From Phoronis australis (taxonomy: Eukaryota > Animalia > Phoronida): a stretch of 64,000 nucleotides of DNA. A program made the position numbers and the translations under genes. The notes below the pieces were generated by a model that had not been told where the DNA came from, searched no databases, and was given only the letters and a program-made list of their open reading frames with translations. The stretch is taken from the NCBI GenBank assembly GCA_002633005.1, contig NMRA01000433.1, positions 248,001 to 312,000 on the forward strand. Direction: 5' to 3'. Within the stretch, counting starts at the first letter, position 1, and every line of letters begins with the position of its first letter. This document shows, piece by piece, positions 60,654-64,000 of the stretch.

Positions 60654-62878
60654 GTCTGACGACGTCTCAGAAATTATGAATGGGCTATGAGGAGGCATAC
60701 CTTTAAAGCTAATATCAGGCAGAGGGGAATAATTAAATATTTCTGAATGGGTGGTTCACTAATTTAGGGCAAGACGGGATTCTATAGTGTCTGTTTTTAA
60801 AACAGAGTATGACGCAGATAACGCCGAGATGCTGACTGAAAATGGATCGATATTCAATAAGTTGCTCAGTGCACAATGGCTCTCGCAAAATTCTAATCAT
60901 TATAAATGAATTTTGCATCAGCGACGCATTGATCACATGAATCGATGTCAAGGTCATCGAATGCTAATTGAAACGCTAACAGTCTCGCTTATAGATGAAA
61001 TCGACGACTGGATATCCATTTGGGTTGTTTCAGGCTCAAATAAGTATCCTTGGCAACCCGATATTTCACACTACAATTTCTTATTTCCACAATGAAGAAC
61101 GCCATTTGACAGCACGCTTAGATACATATAGGTCACTGCAAGAGGGTGATTATGGAACTATTTGAACCAATTTTTGAGTTTCGTTAAAAATATAAGTTTA
61201 CATTTTGCTATCGAATTACTTAACAAATTTATATACAACTCATAGAGAACTAAGCAAACCTTATTCAGAATAAACTAGTATTCCCTTTTTATTTGCTTTA
61301 TGTGCCTAAGTTGTCCGTCAGGATAAAGATACCTGGATAATAAAACTGAAGTCTTAGTTGTCTCAAACAATATGAACGCAAGGTTTAAAGGCATTATTCA
61401 AATGTTGCATGTACTGATATTGTTCTTTGGTTATTGCCGTTACCATTTTCATCGCATTATCTCGTCATATACGCGACTTGATTGAGACTTGACTGTGGAA
61501 TCAAAAACGGCAAGCCCCTGAAAAACGAGTTCGCTACCTTTATGTACCACCCTACGAAAATGGGCACATTAGACTGTTTCCCAGAAAGGGCTGATGGGAT
61601 TCTTGTGTGCTTCATGCAGTGATAGAACTCTGCATTCTCCCGGAGGTAAGAAAGCGCGTTGTTTTTATTGACCTCGTCTTGGTATGACAACCATATTTTC
61701 ACGGGAAATTTGAAACCTTTGACTTGTATAGCCGTGGGAAAATTTCGGATTTTAACCCTTTAAATATACCTGAATAGGAAAGGTATCTCCAAGAAAGGGG
61801 ATTCTTTTCGGTTTAAAATTATTTCAAAGAACTTTGCTTTATCTCATTTTATTTTCTTTGGTTGATGTCGGGAACACAGATGGGAGGCGAAGAACTTTCG
61901 CACCCAAGGTTTTTTGTCAAGTTTATGCAAATTTCTCGCGTCGGAGCAAAGCAGCAATACTCTATACATGTACATTGGAAGGATGAATTGACTAATGCAA
62001 CTGAGCATAAACTTGTGAATAGCAAGACAACGATAAAACATGTGAAACTCCAGTGACGTGAAAACGAGGCTACAAAAATGATTGAGAGATATTGCGGCAC
62101 TGCGAGTAAATACTACGAGATTCGAGTATCGCTATCAAAATCCAGAAGAAGACTTATTCTCGTGCGTTTCCCTATAAGCGAGCGGGAGACTAAATGATGT
62201 TTCAAAGGCTCACCACTAGATTTCCAAAAAAGATGCAACATTTCCAGCATTCATGTATTTCATTGTGAAATGCCGGATACCGTCGGTGAAAGGGCTAGTG
62301 TCGACACCGTCGTGCAAGTGTAACCTGGACACTGAGTCAAAGTGTTTAACTTGTTTTAGTTAAAAACTTACCTTATTATTACCATCACTGATCACCTCGC
62401 CATTGTCTTCCTACCAAAGATTCTTTGTACAAACAACTTTGCAACGTCAGACAAAGTTTCACGAAGTGCACGCATGGGATGTCATTCATACTGTTCGTTA
62501 GCCTTCGTTATTAAGAAATTACAAGGCTTTGTGTTATTGCAATTAAGTCAGAAACACTTGGCAATCACAAAAATCTCTATCATCGATTCCGGCAGCATCG
62601 GCTAACCAGCAAATACGAGGCAACTTTATGAATAACCGCGTACTTGTGGCATAAACGAGAACTCTTTCCTCCATTTAATCGTTAGTTTCTGAGAAATTTT
62701 GATTTTGTATTGTCGGAGCCGAATGTAAACATTGGCTTATTTGCTCTACCTGCACCAGTGCACACGCGCTACACATGGAAATATCAATACATATAAAAAT
62801 TTAGTATAAAACTGCTTCATCGTATTCACCGAATTTGCTGAACCGGTGTGCCGACATAGCGATATCTAGACTTAGCTG

Positions 62879-64000
62879 ATTTTTGAGTGATTCCGGAATA
62901 GCTGAGGTGTGTATAGAGAGTGCAGTACTTGGTCAAGGCCTATGGAACTGGTCCTCAGTGGAAAGTCGTACAGCAAAGCTACAGTAAGAGGGCACACAAA
63001 CTGTCTTTGCAAGTTCTGTGGCATCTCCTGGTGTCAAGCCTTCTCTCGTTTATTGCTGAAGCGAGTGTCATGCCTGTATTACCAGTATGCCTGCAGATGA
63101 TGATCCACAAAAAATTCCGGAGTTGATAACATTTCTCAATCAGGATAAGTTCAGGAAACTCCTGGGTATTTTGTCAACAGTAGATCTGATGATGTAAATT
63201 TCAGCTTCTGGTGGAGTTACATTGGACATGGTTCCAATATTGTTAAAGTACACATGCTCTCGACGGGATGGCATTTAGGAACTGCATCTCTATTCATTTA
63301 CTCTCATGCTGCCCCACCGAATTATGCCCGAGTGGGGTGCGGTCTTTTTAGTCGAGATGCATCAGCTTCCACAGTCTGATTGGTCAGAGGTTCAAGCAGG
63401 AAATTTTGTAGTCAAGTGATCTCCTCATATGCTCTGTCACTTAGATTCTGACCAGCGGGTAAATAGGGCAGGCAAAACGGAGATGGCATCATCGGTAATA
63501 CCAAAACCACGTCAGCTTCATGGAGGTGGACACTCTCATTTAATCTGAGATCTCATATAGCTGAACAATCTTACCGCTGTGGGAGTACATAGTTTCACAA
63601 CGAAGCCACGAAAGCCAGGCAACTGAGCGAAAATAATGTTGAGAGTTCCCTTCTTTACACTTTCTATGGATTGAAGGTCTTCTCGTCCGCAAGGCCTTAG
63701 CGGCTACAAAGCCTTGCAACAAAAGACCTACCAACAGCACCAATCCAAGAGTCACTTTTACATGCTAATGAACTTGGATACGAAAAAATTAAGAACTTAG
63801 TTCAAACAGATTATCACTGAGCAACGTGATAATTCAGACATGTCAATTCATGCGCCTATGCGCAAAAATAATGTCCCAACATTTGCCAACTTTTATGACG
63901 TGGTGAAACAAACCAAAGACAAAGACAAGAAAATAGTTCTTAAGGCAGACAGGGATGTACTTCACTGTGTAGCTACGGCTTAAGAGGCGGGTCGGCCAGT
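62879..64000 (+). pseudogene. Decayed (frameshifted, stop-containing) fragment of a large repeat-borne, transposase-like invertebrate ORF; runs off the right edge
   Basis: Collinear blocks across frames: FLSDSGIAEVCIESAVLG / ELVLSGKSYSKA / RAHKLSLQVLWHLL / VNFSFWWSY / LDMVPILLKYTCSRRDGI*ELHL / NYAR / AGNFVVK / DGIIGNTKTTSASWRWTLSFNLRSHIAE / PIQESLLHANELG / KIVLKADRDVLHCVATA*EAGRP. These match, from memory, a multicopy invertebrate protein family associated with DNA transposons. The superfamily is uncertain. Confidence 0.75.

Noticed and set aside
63540-63755. Signal-peptide-like minus-strand ORF (MTLGLVLLVGLLLQGFVAAKA...)
   Set aside because: It starts at GTG and is the antisense reading of the decayed transposase-like sequence on the plus strand.
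1-64000. tRNA, rRNA or prokaryotic operon/defence-system features
   Set aside because: I saw no cloverleaf or rRNA-like sequence and no long uninterrupted ORFs; the window is spliceosomal-intron-rich animal DNA. A tRNAscan-SE or Infernal run would be needed to exclude small RNAs formally.

Overview
AT-rich, intron-containing animal genomic DNA, not prokaryotic. Gene content and repeats suggest a marine invertebrate, possibly a deuterostome (inference only). Three spliced genes lie on the minus strand, all reconstructed by hand from GT-AG boundaries and reading-frame continuity. (1) The first five coding exons of a laminin gamma chain (signal peptide, LN domain, LE repeats 1-2 and the start of LE3), 28845 down to 1971, continuing off the left edge. 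(2, 3) Two complete tandem paralogues, gene A (60653-47301) and gene B (44318-35183). Each has 8 coding exons totalling 1149 nt (382 aa) and encodes a secreted protein with the architecture signal peptide - WSC - EGF - short 4-Cys PAN/apple-like module - F5/8 type C (discoidin). I do not recognise this architecture as a named family, and it is the most interesting item in the window. The rest comprises introns and intergenic DNA with several non-autonomous TIR elements/MITEs, micro- and minisatellites, a decayed transposase-like ORF at the right end, and duplications next to single-N gaps that are probably assembly or haplotype artefacts. Most ORFs in the supplied track are spurious.
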